Source: Flavobacteriales bacterium (GTDB lineage: Bacteria > Bacteroidota > Bacteroidia > Palsa-965). Taken from it: a stretch of 64,000 nt of DNA. Shown piece by piece: positions 18,010-28,500 of the stretch. A program made the position numbers and the translations under genes. The stretch covers positions 1-64,000 of the forward strand of contig JBEIPA010000008.1 of the NCBI GenBank assembly GCA_040377305.1, in the 5' to 3' direction. Position 1 is the first letter of the stretch, and every line of letters begins with the position of its first letter. The notes beneath the pieces were generated by a model that worked only from the letters and a program-made list of their open reading frames with translations, was not told where the DNA came from and ran no database searches.

Positions 18010-20433
18010 ATGAAAAAGAAATTATTCTTGTGGCTGTTTGCGCTTGCAGTCGGGATAACCGTGCAGGCACAGATAGTCACAGTGATTGATCACACCACGC
18101 GACAAACGATTCCCGGCGTAATTATTTACAGCAAGGGCTCCACTGTTTCCGTTGTGACCGATGCGAAAGGACAGGCAGATGTTAGTCCACTGAAAGGTGT
18201 AGACAGCCTGTACATTCGCCAATTCGGTTACACAGAAGTAGTGATTGCATTCTCCGCGATAGGTGGTGATACTACAACTATTGAGCTCACCGGTTCCGAC
18301 ATTTCCATGAATGAAGTTGTGATCTCGGCAAATCGCTGGGAGACCGATCAAATGGAAACGCCATACCGAATCGAGAAAATCAATTTACGTGAAGCGCAAT
18401 TTCAGAGTCCGCAAACAACTGCAGATCTTCTTGGGAGCGGAGGAAATGTTTACGTACAAAAAAGTCAGCTCGGTGGAGGTTCGCCGATGATCAGGGGATT
18501 TGCAACTAACCGGGTGATGATTGTGGTCGATGGTGTTCGGATGAACAATGCAATTTTTCGCGCGGGAAATCTTCAGAATGTCATCTCACTCGATGCGGGC
18601 GGATTTGAAAGTGCGGAAATACTTTTCGGACCCGGTGCAGTAATGTATGGCAGCGATGCCATTGGTGGCGTAATGGATTTTCATACGCTGCAACCCAAGT
18701 TTTCTGCAGGAGTGAAACCAACTTTTACAGGAAGTGGATTTGGACGTTTCTCCTCTGCGAATCTGGAAAAGACCGGACATGTTGACTTCAACATTGGTTT
18801 GCAACGTTGGGCATTCATAACCAGCTTCACGTATTCGGGGTACGATGATTTGCGTGCAGGCTCTGTGGGTGAGTCGTACTATCTGCGTCCGTATTATCAG
18901 CAATCATTCAATGGAGTCGACTCTATGGTTGCAAATAGTGATCCTTCGGTTTTGGTTCACAGTGGCTACAAGCAAATGAACGCCATGCAGAAAATCCGTT
19001 TCAAACCAAGTGAACACCTTGAGTTTGATTATGGGTTTCACTACTCTGCTACTTCGAATATCCCGCGTTATGATCGCCTGGTTCTCGATGCAAATAACGA
19101 CAGCGTATTCGATAATGCGGAATGGTATTACGGTCCGCAAACATGGATGATGAATCGCCTTGGCATCACGCATTCGAAAGCAAATAAGATGTACGATCAC
19201 TTCCGCGTGGTGATTGCACAGCAGTCGTACGAAGAAAGTCGTCATGACCGGAGATTCGGCAGCAAGAAACTGCGTCATCAAACAGAAGGTGTGGCTATCA
19301 TCTCGGCGAATCTGGATCTTGATAAAAAATACGGAGAGAAAACTACGTTCTATTACGGAGCGGAGTACGTGTACAACCGTATTACTTCCGAAGCATTTCG
19401 TGAACACATTGAAACCGGAGTAGTTGATCCTCCAATCAACACGCGTTATCCAGACGGCTCCACGTGGATGGCCTTGGGCGCGTACGTAAGTGTGAAACAC
19501 AAAGTGTCGGAGAAATTTCTCGTGAATACCGGAGTGCGTTACAGTCACTTTCTGATCGAAGCGGATTTCGACACTACTTTGTTTCCGTATCCGTACACGC
19601 ATGCGAGTCTGAGCAAAGGTGCGTTGAATGGTAGTATCGGATTTGTTTATTCACCAATGAAAAACTGGACCATTTACGTAAACGGCTCCACCGGATTCCG
19701 TGCACCGAACATTGATGACATCGGTAAAGTGTTTGAATCGGAAGCAGGATCAATTGTAGTTCCGAATCCGAATCTCGAACCCGAATATGCAATGGGTGGC
19801 GAAATCGGAACATCTGTTGTTGCAGGTAATTTCATGAAGCTCGACGTTTCAACTTACTACACACAGCTCAACAATGCATTTGCACGTCGCAATTTTCAGA
19901 TCGACGGACAAGACAGCATTTTGTATGATGGGCAGATGAGTCAGGTGCAGGCGATACAGAACATTGCGAAAGCGTATGTGTTCGGAATTCAGGCTGAAGT
20001 GAATTTCTACTTCGGTCACGGAATCGGAATGCGCAATACGTTCAACTGGATGAAAGGCGAAGAACAAAGCGGAGATAGTCTTCTTTACTATCCGTTGTCG
20101 CATGCAACTCCAGTTTACGGAAGCTCGCATCTAACGTACGAGCGCAAAAAACTAAAGCTCGACTTCTATGTGCTGTACAACGGAAAAATGGATTACTCTG
20201 ATTTCGCACTCTCAGAAAGAATCGACAACGGAGCGTATGTGAAAGACGAGAGTGGTTTGCCATTCACGCCTTCATGGTACACCTTGAATTTCAAAGCAGG
20301 ATATTACATCAGCAAAAACCTTTCTGTGAATGCAGGACTTGAAAACATCACCGATCAGTTGTACCGCCCTTACGGATCAGGCATTACTTCCCCGGGAAGA
20401 AATTTCATTGTTGCATTGCACGGAAGGTTCTAA
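18010..20433 (+). CDS. TonB-dependent receptor (heme/iron-receptor-like)
   Basis: N-terminal extension, EVVISANR, plug with GPGAVMYGSDAIGGV, GFRAP and NPNL motifs, C-terminal Phe. Confidence 0.95.
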   Translation: MKKKLFLWLFALAVGITVQAQIVTVIDHTTRQTIPGVIIYSKGSTVSVVTDAKGQADVSPLKGVDSLYIRQFGYTEVVIAFSAIGGDTTTIELTGSDISMNEVVISANRWETDQMETPYRIEKINLREAQFQSPQTTADLLGSGGNVYVQKSQLGGGSPMIRGFATNRVMIVVDGVRMNNAIFRAGNLQNVISLDAGGFESAEILFGPGAVMYGSDAIGGVMDFHTLQPKFSAGVKPTFTGSGFGRFSSANLEKTGHVDFNIGLQRWAFITSFTYSGYDDLRAGSVGESYYLRPYYQQSFNGVDSMVANSDPSVLVHSGYKQMNAMQKIRFKPSEHLEFDYGFHYSATSNIPRYDRLVLDANNDSVFDNAEWYYGPQTWMMNRLGITHSKANKMYDHFRVVIAQQSYEESRHDRRFGSKKLRHQTEGVAIISANLDLDKKYGEKTTFYYGAEYVYNRITSEAFREHIETGVVDPPINTRYPDGSTWMALGAYVSVKHKVSEKFLVNTGVRYSHFLIEADFDTTLFPYPYTHASLSKGALNGSIGFVYSPMKNWTIYVNGSTGFRAPNIDDIGKVFESEAGSIVVPNPNLEPEYAMGGEIGTSVVAGNFMKLDVSTYYTQLNNAFARRNFQIDGQDSILYDGQMSQVQAIQNIAKAYVFGIQAEVNFYFGHGIGMRNTFNWMKGEEQSGDSLLYYPLSHATPVYGSSHLTYERKKLKLDFYVLYNGKMDYSDFALSERIDNGAYVKDESGLPFTPSWYTLNFKAGYYISKNLSVNAGLENITDQLYRPYGSGITSPGRNFIVALHGRF

Positions 20434-20458
20434 AATTTCTGAAGAAGTGGAGTTTGAT

Positions 20459-20487
20459 AAGGCGCGAAGGTGATTCGCGCCTTTTTT
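20459..20487 (+). terminator. Intrinsic terminator
   Basis: AAGGCGCGAA/TTCGCGCCTT followed by a T-run. Confidence 0.85.
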
Positions 20488-20559
20488 CTTGATGTTAACG
20501 TCATGACGCCTTAACCATTGCGTAATAACATTCCCGGTAATTTGTAAAAACAAAATACC

Positions 20560-20790
20560 ATGAATACAGCAACAGAACAACGTGGCGAGCTCGCACAGAT
20601 TTTTTTGAAAAACGGACGCAGTCACATGGGAATTCTCCTGAATGATTTAGATGAACCGGAGAGCTTTGATCACGAAGTGCGCTATGTGAAGTCGAGCAAT
20701 TTTAGTCAGTGGCTGGAGAGTTCGGATGAAGGACTCGTTGAAATCGTAGATCCGGAACATATCGACGGAATAGACCTCTACCTGAAATAA
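20560..20790 (+). CDS. Small acidic hypothetical protein
   Basis: 76 aa; A-rich start region; upstream TAATTTGT -7-like box at about 20538. Confidence 0.65.
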   Translation: MNTATEQRGELAQIFLKNGRSHMGILLNDLDEPESFDHEVRYVKSSNFSQWLESSDEGLVEIVDPEHIDGIDLYLK

Positions 20791-20886
20791 TTTGAAGATT
20801 CGAAAATTTGAAGATTTGAAGATTTGAAAAGGTGACCTCATCTGATCACGAACCTGGAATTTTCAAATTTTCGAATCTTCAAATCA
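20790..20886. repeat. Inverted 8-mer array (TTTGAAGA/TTTGAAAA family) between convergent stops
   Basis: TTTGAAGATTCGAAAATTTGAA versus TTCAAATTTTCGAATCTTCAAA. Confidence 0.8.
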
Positions 20887-21657
20887 ACTAATGCCCCGAC
20901 GTTTTTTAATATTTTCCCACGCCTCCTGCACTTTCTGAAACCGTTCCTTAGCGGCTTTCTGTGCTTCTTCTCCGAGGTCAGCAACTTTATCGGGGTGAAA
21001 TTTCACAGCCATCTTGCGATACGCTTTTTTAACTTCTTCGTCGCTGGCGTTTGAATCTACTTCGAGGATTTTGTAATCGCTGTCGACATTGCGGTAGAAC
21101 ATATTCTTCACCGACTCATAGTCTGCGCGATCAACGCCGAGAAAATCTGAAATATTCTCGATGATAATTACTTCACGCGGATGAACATCGCCATCTGCTG
21201 CCGAAATGCCGAACAGGTAATGCAGCAGTTGCACACGTTGTGCTTCGGGCATATACTGGCGAATTTGCAGACACACATCGCGTAAGGGAATTTCTTTCTC
21301 AAGTAAATCCTTCAGTACGGGCAGCAAGCGCGACGCATTTGCTTCTCCGAAATTACCCACGAGAAATTTCTTGACGTATTCAAGCTCGGAACGAAGGACT
21401 TTTCCGTCGCCTTTCATGACCGCAGCTGTCAAGACCAATAAACTTGCTGTGAAATCTCCTTGTGCAGTGCGCGCAGAATATCCGCCACCATAACCACTGC
21501 CACCGAATCCGCCGCCACCAACATCGCCAACGCTTCCAGGCGGAACCGCTTTCATTTCATCGAGCATTGCGCCCAACACAAGGCCTATCACTCCACCTAT
21601 CGGACCACCTGCGGCCCAACCTATTGCTCCTCCAATCCACTTCGCAAATTTTGCCAT
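20884..21657 (-). CDS. djlA: DjlA-like co-chaperone (TerB + J domain)
   Basis: Gly-rich TM N terminus, ADGDV TerB motif, J domain with HPD. Confidence 0.85.
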   Translation of the reverse strand: MAKFAKWIGGAIGWAAGGPIGGVIGLVLGAMLDEMKAVPPGSVGDVGGGGFGGSGYGGGYSARTAQGDFTASLLVLTAAVMKGDGKVLRSELEYVKKFLVGNFGEANASRLLPVLKDLLEKEIPLRDVCLQIRQYMPEAQRVQLLHYLFGISAADGDVHPREVIIIENISDFLGVDRADYESVKNMFYRNVDSDYKILEVDSNASDEEVKKAYRKMAVKFHPDKVADLGEEAQKAAKERFQKVQEAWENIKKRRGIS

Positions 21658-23622
21658 TTACATTTTCTCAAAAATCAAAACTACTTTATTGAAATCGGCA
21701 GAAGCATTCATCACTTTCCGGAAATCTTCATACCGCTCTTTGTCATACGTCACGCGCTGATAACTCTCTTCGATAATGACCTTCACATTACTTCCTTGCT
21801 GCGTGTAAGTACTTTTGAACATCATTGTAGGACTCAGACTGTCATCCGCAACAAAGATGTTCAACGCTTCCAGATTGGTCACCTTGTATCCTGCAGGAAC
21901 TTCGAAGTTGATCTCGCGTACAAAACCATGCGGATTCACCAGAGCAATGTCTGTTAAACGTTCCTCTTCCTGATACATGTGATACTGTGTACCGATAACC
22001 TCACCTATTTTAAAAAGATAGCTGTTACAGGTTTTCTCCAGAAAAGAATTGGTAGTGAATTCGCCAGTGATCGAGAGTGGCATTCGGTACAGTGTATCTT
22101 CTCCGTTGAAGCCGGTAATCCGCACATTTCGTGGACGAGCATCGCTAGCACCAATTGCGAGAAGTGATTCACCTTCCTCCTGTTTATCCTCTGCGCTCAT
22201 GTAATTCACGTATGGCTGCAGGAAAGAAGCCGAGTGACCAAGATACTCATGCGTGGTTTTCACATTCGCAATTCCGTTATTGAGATCAAACGTCATAGAA
22301 ACAGACAGGTTGTTCATGTTCTGTTTCCAATTTGATTCCTGAATCCATTTGATCTCACCCCGCATCTTGCCCGGGCTATCATCACTCTTGCGAATGAAAA
22401 GACCGTCTTGTCCGCACAACGCACCGGGAATAAATCCGTAACGGCTGCCTTCACTGCTTGGTGCGATGAAGTTTGATGTTTCCGGAAAGTAGATCAGGAA
22501 ATGCTGCAGATATGTCCACGAGTCGAAGTCGCCATCAAAGCGTTTCTCGAAACGATCGGAAGTCATTACAATCTCCATTTGCACCTTTGCTTGCTCGAAT
22601 AGTGCTGCGTAAAGTCGCATTATTCCTACGTCTGTACCTACTTTCGATTTGATGATACCCGCAACTGTCTCATACTTGTCACCTTCTGCATCGTAACGAA
22701 TGGTGAAATTGGATTTGACGTAACCTTCAATCAAACGAATCTTTTCTTCCATGGACATTTCGCTCCTGTAACCCATGGTCTTCAGCAGGAGATGCGCCAT
22801 TCGCTTTTCATTCGGCGAACTGGAATAAATCATTTCGTAAAACGTATTTGCGGCGTCGTCCCACGTACTCATCCGTCCACCAAACATTGCGCCGGTGTTA
22901 TAGGCAAACTTGTATTCCACGCGCGGATAAGATGCATTGGAAGATGAATATGACTCCTCCTCAAATCCTTTTACAAATTCGTCTTTCAGGCTCAACTGAC
23001 GTTTCTTGTCGTACCCTTTGTAATCGACTTCCTCCATCTGTTCGAGCCCGTTGTACGATTTCGCTTCGTAGCGAATATACTCCGGCGTGACGATGTCAAA
23101 TTCAATTTTGTGGTAGTCATAAGAACTACGGAAACTCTCTGTACCGAAGCCTCTCCAGTTCTTCTTCACGGTGTACATATATTCAATTTCACCGCCCACT
23201 TCAACACCTTCTAATGCGTAAATTTTATACGGTCCCGCGTTGTTGTAGTTTACTACATCTTTCACGTTGGTCACATCCATCATGTGTTCCTTGCCGTCTT
23301 TCGAGATGTACCGGGCTTTGAACTCCACCATCCCAATTGCGTTCGTCATTGAAACATATACCTTGTTGAATGATTCAATGGCGTAGTCCGTATTCAGTCG
23401 TACAATCAGGTGACGCGTATTAAATGTTATGGGAGATCCACCCTCAAACGCGACTTCAACACACCGCTTGTCCAGTAAAAATACTGCACCTTCTTTTTGT
23501 TCTTCAGCAGATATCACTTTGAGATCGCGGAAGGATTCCCAGTCGTATCGCATGTATTCGTACTCAGCGAACAAGGGCGAAGCGAGCACCAGTGCTACAA
23601 GTGTTATAAGGACGCGTTTCAT
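21658..23622 (-). CDS. DUF3857/transglutaminase-like protein, apparently catalytically inactive
   Basis: Same architecture as its neighbour but has KVGTDVG where the neighbour has RYGDCKD. Confidence 0.8.
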   Translation of the reverse strand: MKRVLITLVALVLASPLFAEYEYMRYDWESFRDLKVISAEEQKEGAVFLLDKRCVEVAFEGGSPITFNTRHLIVRLNTDYAIESFNKVYVSMTNAIGMVEFKARYISKDGKEHMMDVTNVKDVVNYNNAGPYKIYALEGVEVGGEIEYMYTVKKNWRGFGTESFRSSYDYHKIEFDIVTPEYIRYEAKSYNGLEQMEEVDYKGYDKKRQLSLKDEFVKGFEEESYSSSNASYPRVEYKFAYNTGAMFGGRMSTWDDAANTFYEMIYSSSPNEKRMAHLLLKTMGYRSEMSMEEKIRLIEGYVKSNFTIRYDAEGDKYETVAGIIKSKVGTDVGIMRLYAALFEQAKVQMEIVMTSDRFEKRFDGDFDSWTYLQHFLIYFPETSNFIAPSSEGSRYGFIPGALCGQDGLFIRKSDDSPGKMRGEIKWIQESNWKQNMNNLSVSMTFDLNNGIANVKTTHEYLGHSASFLQPYVNYMSAEDKQEEGESLLAIGASDARPRNVRITGFNGEDTLYRMPLSITGEFTTNSFLEKTCNSYLFKIGEVIGTQYHMYQEEERLTDIALVNPHGFVREINFEVPAGYKVTNLEALNIFVADDSLSPTMMFKSTYTQQGSNVKVIIEESYQRVTYDKERYEDFRKVMNASADFNKVVLIFEKM

Positions 23623-25577
23623 TTTGCTGTGGTGGGGGTTGCCGGTGCAGCCGGTGATTTAGTAAGTGTAACGTTCTCGTTTGATGCAGCTGTCAAAGCA
23701 GCTGAGAATTCATTCCATTGCTGAAATTGATCAGGTGAAATACCGAGTGAGTTTACGGTAATTACTTTTTCGCAGATCAGTTTTCCGCCAAGGTTACGGT
23801 AAGTGATTGAACAGGAATAGTCGCCAATCGTAATCACTTCGTCTTTTGGCATACAGGAAACAGAATAGCCTTCAGGAACCGCAAGAATAGCCACGTGTTT
23901 GCTGGTGCTCTTGTAATCGATCTCATAAGGCGATGTGCGGCGTGTTGTGTCAATGAACGAGTTCACCCATGAACGATCAAGACACAAATTGATGTAAATG
24001 TCATTCGCATTCTTGTGTGCGTATCCGTCAAGGGTAAATTCATAATTTACCTTGAGGTCGTTATCGCGATCGTACAGGTTAGCGTAATGCAATGTATCGA
24101 TGTGAAATTTATTCGAACCCTTCTCCACGTAATGGGTGATGAACTCGGCTTTCTCCTCCTCGTTCATCGCGTCCATAGGATACACGAGGTCAATCTTTTC
24201 ATACCCGCTTGCCGTCATATTACCTGTTCCGTAAATGTTTGCATCAGGAGTGAGTGTCATAAACACGGAATCGACACGCATATTCTTACTTGCATCTACA
24301 ATCGGTACTGTAACAATCTCGAAATTCGATGGCCCTTTGCTGATCAGTGCTTCCTTGCCCTGAATCATTGAAGTTGGAGTACCCATCGGATAGTTCTTTC
24401 CGGTTGCATCGAGGAAGTAATATTTGCCGTCGACGATGTACGTGCAGATCATGTGATTGTCCGACATAGGACTAGGCACATCGGCATACTTGTAAGGAAT
24501 TCTGCGTGTTCCGATCCACGTGATATACGACTCAACACCTGCTAAGCGCAACATGGTATTTGTAATATTTGCCATGTCTTTGCAATCGCCGTAGCGACGA
24601 TCACAAATCGCAGCAGCATCACGCGGAATGAATCCACCAAGTCCATCTTCGAATGCCACATACTTGATATTGTCCTGCACCCAATAGAAGATTCGCGATA
24701 CTTTTTCGAACTCATTGGCAGCTCCACGCACAAGTGTATCTACGATCTTCTGAAGTTCAGGATTCTGTTCCTTGTTGAGTTCATCTACAAACGTGTAATA
24801 CCAGTTATACAAACCTTGAGGTCCATCCAGATACGGAACCACTTTACCCGCATTGGTGTACTGCTTGATGTAAACAACTACATGCGGTGCAAACCACGAC
24901 AAGCCCGGATCATCTGATTCAGAACGGTACTTTGTCGCATTCTTCTTTCGCCAGGTGTACGTTTTAGTTGTTCCGCTTTCAACCAATGTAAACTCAAGAT
25001 CTTCCTGTTTAATATTGAACAGCTTCCACTCGATCACTACACCAGCAGGAACCACAACTACGTATTCAGAAAGCTCAACGGGGATTCCCGCGTTAAAATA
25101 AAAGCGACCAAAAAAATGTCCGTCTTTGAGTTTCTCGTTGTAATCCATCTGCAGGCGGCTGCCTTTTACCAGGCCGGTATAGACGAGATTCTTTGCCTGC
25201 AAGTCATCGTAGAAGGAACCTGACGCGAATTCATTTGTTTCGTAAATCTCCTTTACCGGAGCCGTCGAGTATTTCCCCTTGCTGTTTGGATTAAGCGCTT
25301 TCCCCGCAACGGCAGAAATAGTGCTGAACGATGAGAAATAAATTTTCCGTTCCGTATACGCTGCTACTTTATCGCCCAGCAACAACAGCTCTTCATGTGC
25401 GTGCGTATAAACTACGGGAACACCTTTCTCAATTTTAATGGTGCTCTTCTCCGTTTGTGAAAGATACACTGCGCTTTCCGTCGGATACTTTGCAACATAT
25501 TCAGCAGTCAGGTCCTTATTCTTCTGTGCGAAAGACAGAAGCGGAGCGAGAACACCCAGCAATAAAATCTGCTTCAT
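23619..25577 (-). CDS. DUF3857/transglutaminase-like protein with an intact Cys-His-Asp triad
   Basis: Start MKQILLL (25577); WVQDNIKY, RYGDCKDMA, NHMI, FLDAT. Confidence 0.9.
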   Translation of the reverse strand: MKQILLLGVLAPLLSFAQKNKDLTAEYVAKYPTESAVYLSQTEKSTIKIEKGVPVVYTHAHEELLLLGDKVAAYTERKIYFSSFSTISAVAGKALNPNSKGKYSTAPVKEIYETNEFASGSFYDDLQAKNLVYTGLVKGSRLQMDYNEKLKDGHFFGRFYFNAGIPVELSEYVVVVPAGVVIEWKLFNIKQEDLEFTLVESGTTKTYTWRKKNATKYRSESDDPGLSWFAPHVVVYIKQYTNAGKVVPYLDGPQGLYNWYYTFVDELNKEQNPELQKIVDTLVRGAANEFEKVSRIFYWVQDNIKYVAFEDGLGGFIPRDAAAICDRRYGDCKDMANITNTMLRLAGVESYITWIGTRRIPYKYADVPSPMSDNHMICTYIVDGKYYFLDATGKNYPMGTPTSMIQGKEALISKGPSNFEIVTVPIVDASKNMRVDSVFMTLTPDANIYGTGNMTASGYEKIDLVYPMDAMNEEEKAEFITHYVEKGSNKFHIDTLHYANLYDRDNDLKVNYEFTLDGYAHKNANDIYINLCLDRSWVNSFIDTTRRTSPYEIDYKSTSKHVAILAVPEGYSVSCMPKDEVITIGDYSCSITYRNLGGKLICEKVITVNSLGISPDQFQQWNEFSAALTAASNENVTLTKSPAAPATPTTAK

Positions 25578-25578
25578 A

Positions 25579-28500
25579 CTATTTTCCTTTTGCTTTCGGT
25601 TTTTTAGTGTCCTTCGGCGCTTCAATCGGCACTACTACCTCATCTTGCTGCACACCACCGTAAAACAAACGTGTTGTCGTTAACTGACCTTGTTCGTTGT
25701 AGAAATACCAGCGATTCCACTCCTGATCAAGGATCCATGACTCTACGCGCTTCGTGTTTCCGTTATCGTAGTAGTAACGACACTCTCCGTCGATCTGACC
25801 GTAGTAATAGGTCTCTATCGATTTCGGTTTACCATTGCTGTAGTAAGCCTTCTGTATTCCATTGCGCTGACCGAAATCATAAACTTCTTCTTTTGCAACA
25901 CTTCCGTCGGTATAATATTCCACCCAACGTCCGTTCACTTCCCCATTCTCAAGCGTCCCCTCTATTGATTTCTTTCCATTCGCATAGTACGCTTCGATTT
26001 TCGCATCTCCCTCTTCAATCTCTTTCATCGCCACCATGTTTCCATCGGTTCCTTCGTATGCGTAGCCTTTCAGCTTGCCCTGAGAATAATAACGAACCCA
26101 CATGAGCTTACCGTCATGCGAGTACACTTTGGATTCGCCATCAATTTCTCCATCAACAATTGTGTATGAACGCTGCAGTTGTCCGTTGTCGTGAAAATAT
26201 CTCTGCTCACCCACTTCCGCACCATCGACAAAATTTTCTTCAAAACGTTTCTGACCGTTTTCCCAGTAACCCACAGAAACTCCGTTTAGTTCACCTTCAC
26301 GCAATTCCACTTCATTATACAATGCATCGGTAAACTCGTAGCTGACCTTACGTTTGCCTTCGAGATCACCCATCACGTAAGTTCCTTCCCAAATTACACG
26401 TCCGTTCCAGTCGTACTTTTTGTATTCCCCATTACGGAATCCGCGTAAGTATTTTCCTGCATGCCATGATTTCCCATTCTTGTACGTCGGATTAAAATCA
26501 CCTGTTCCATTCGGCGCTTTCATTTCATACTCCACCTTTCCGGTTGAATCGTACATCGTGCGCAATACGCCAATGTTCCGCTTCAGCTTCACTTCTTCAC
26601 GGCGACGACCACGTGCATCGCTGAATTCCTGTGTACCATATTCGCTGTTGTTCAGGTAATACGAATGTTGCACCTGTAAGCCACGCGCATTGTATTCGTA
26701 CCAGTCGCCCTGACGTGAATCGTATTGCAGCCATCCTTCAGAAGCAATTTCTCCGTTGATGTGCCATGTCTTGCGATACCCATGTTCGAAACCATACTTG
26801 TATTCGGTTTCAAAAGCAACTTTTCCGTTCGGGTGATATACTTTGTACGAACCATCGAGGAGATCCTGATAATAGTTTACGGTAGAATTTTTCCATCCGT
26901 TCTCGTCGTAGTAAATCCATTCACCCTGCTTAGCTCCGTTGTAATAATTGCCGCGACCTTGTTCTGCTCCGTTCGGATAATACTCTGTAACGAGCACTTC
27001 ACCTTTCGTGATGTTAGCGGTAGCCAGAACATTTCCTTTGGTGTTGAACCAGGTATCTTTAGTCAGGACATCTGCTTTGTAAACTTTCTCGTTGGTCTTA
27101 ACACCATTGTTGTCATACGTCGTGAGCGTTCCCTGAAGTTTACCTGCTTTGTAATTTGCTTCCCGTGCGACGTTACCATTCTCGTGGTACTCTTTCCAGA
27201 GCCCTTCGCGTTTGCCGGCAACTTTATAAGTCCCTTCGCGCGCAATCTTACCATTACGATGATACAATTTCCACGGACCAAAAGCCAAATCGCCTTTGAA
27301 CACGCCCTCAGAATAGATCTTTCCGTCAGAATAGTATTCTTTCGATTCCCCGTTCTTTTTGTCAAGCGTAACTTTTGACTCCTTCGACAACTGACCGTTC
27401 CAGTAATACGATTTCAAATCTCCGTTAAGTTTGCCGTTGGTGTAATTAGTCACCACACGTTCTTTATCGTTCGAATAGTAGAGCGTACATGGACCATTCA
27501 GCAATCCCATTTTGAACGAACCAGCCATGTCTTTTGCACCGCTGTACTTGTAACTCACAAAATCACCTTCCGGTTTGTCCATTTTGTAGGTATAGGAAGA
27601 ACGTTTCTCTCCATTGCTCCACCACAATTCTGATTCGCCTTCTTTCAATCCATTTTTGTAAACGGTTCGCTCCTTCACATTTCCGTTTTCAAAATAGTAC
27701 GTCCACGTACCTTCGTATTTACCCGCAGCATTGAATGGGCCTTTACACCAGATCAAACCTGATTTCTCATAGAAGTATGTCCACTCACCATATTGTTTTT
27801 TCGTGGTAGGATTTCTGTGACCAACACCTAACACCATGCGGTTATCCCAAAGAGAAATATCAGCATCAGTCTTATCACCGATCGTTTCTAACGCCGGGTG
27901 TTTGCTGTTCTTCGTATTGTATTCGCCAATCCAATCAGCGAAAGCGCGGATCTTCTTTTTGTTCTTCTTCCATCCCTTTTGAATTTTAGGATCTGAAATC
28001 GAGCTCATCGTCCAATAGTTGAAAGCGATGAAGTGCTTCTTTGCCTGAAGATCTACGAAGAACGGAATGTAATTCTCCATCCACCAGTTGCCGGTGCCGG
28101 ATTTGTACTCCATGGCTTCAAACATCATCTGACGCACTTTTACGAAATCGTAATTCAGTCCGGTTTTGTTTTCGTAACTCGGTTTAAGTGCCGCACCCGA
28201 TTTTACGATCTCGAGCAGCGCATCAAAGCTTTCGTCGCCGGTCTTGTCCGGATCAAGTCGTGTTTCCGGATCCCAATCGTAATTGTTCTTGTAAAGATCT
28301 TCTACCATCACAACTACTTTGTCCTGACGATCGTTGTTGGTAGAAAGAATCAGATAATACTCGAACGATAGAATTGCCGGGATGTGACGGCCTTGATCTG
28401 CTGCAGACTTACCGAGATAGTAATGGCTCATCGGATTGTACGGATTGAGTTTCACGCACTCCTGGAATGCAGCTTCGGCCTCTTTGAATTTCTTCGCCTC

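Noticed and set aside
18904-19602. Long antisense ORFs (also 26725..27378 and 33163..33729)
   Set aside because: They lie opposite well-supported genes and have no recognisable motifs
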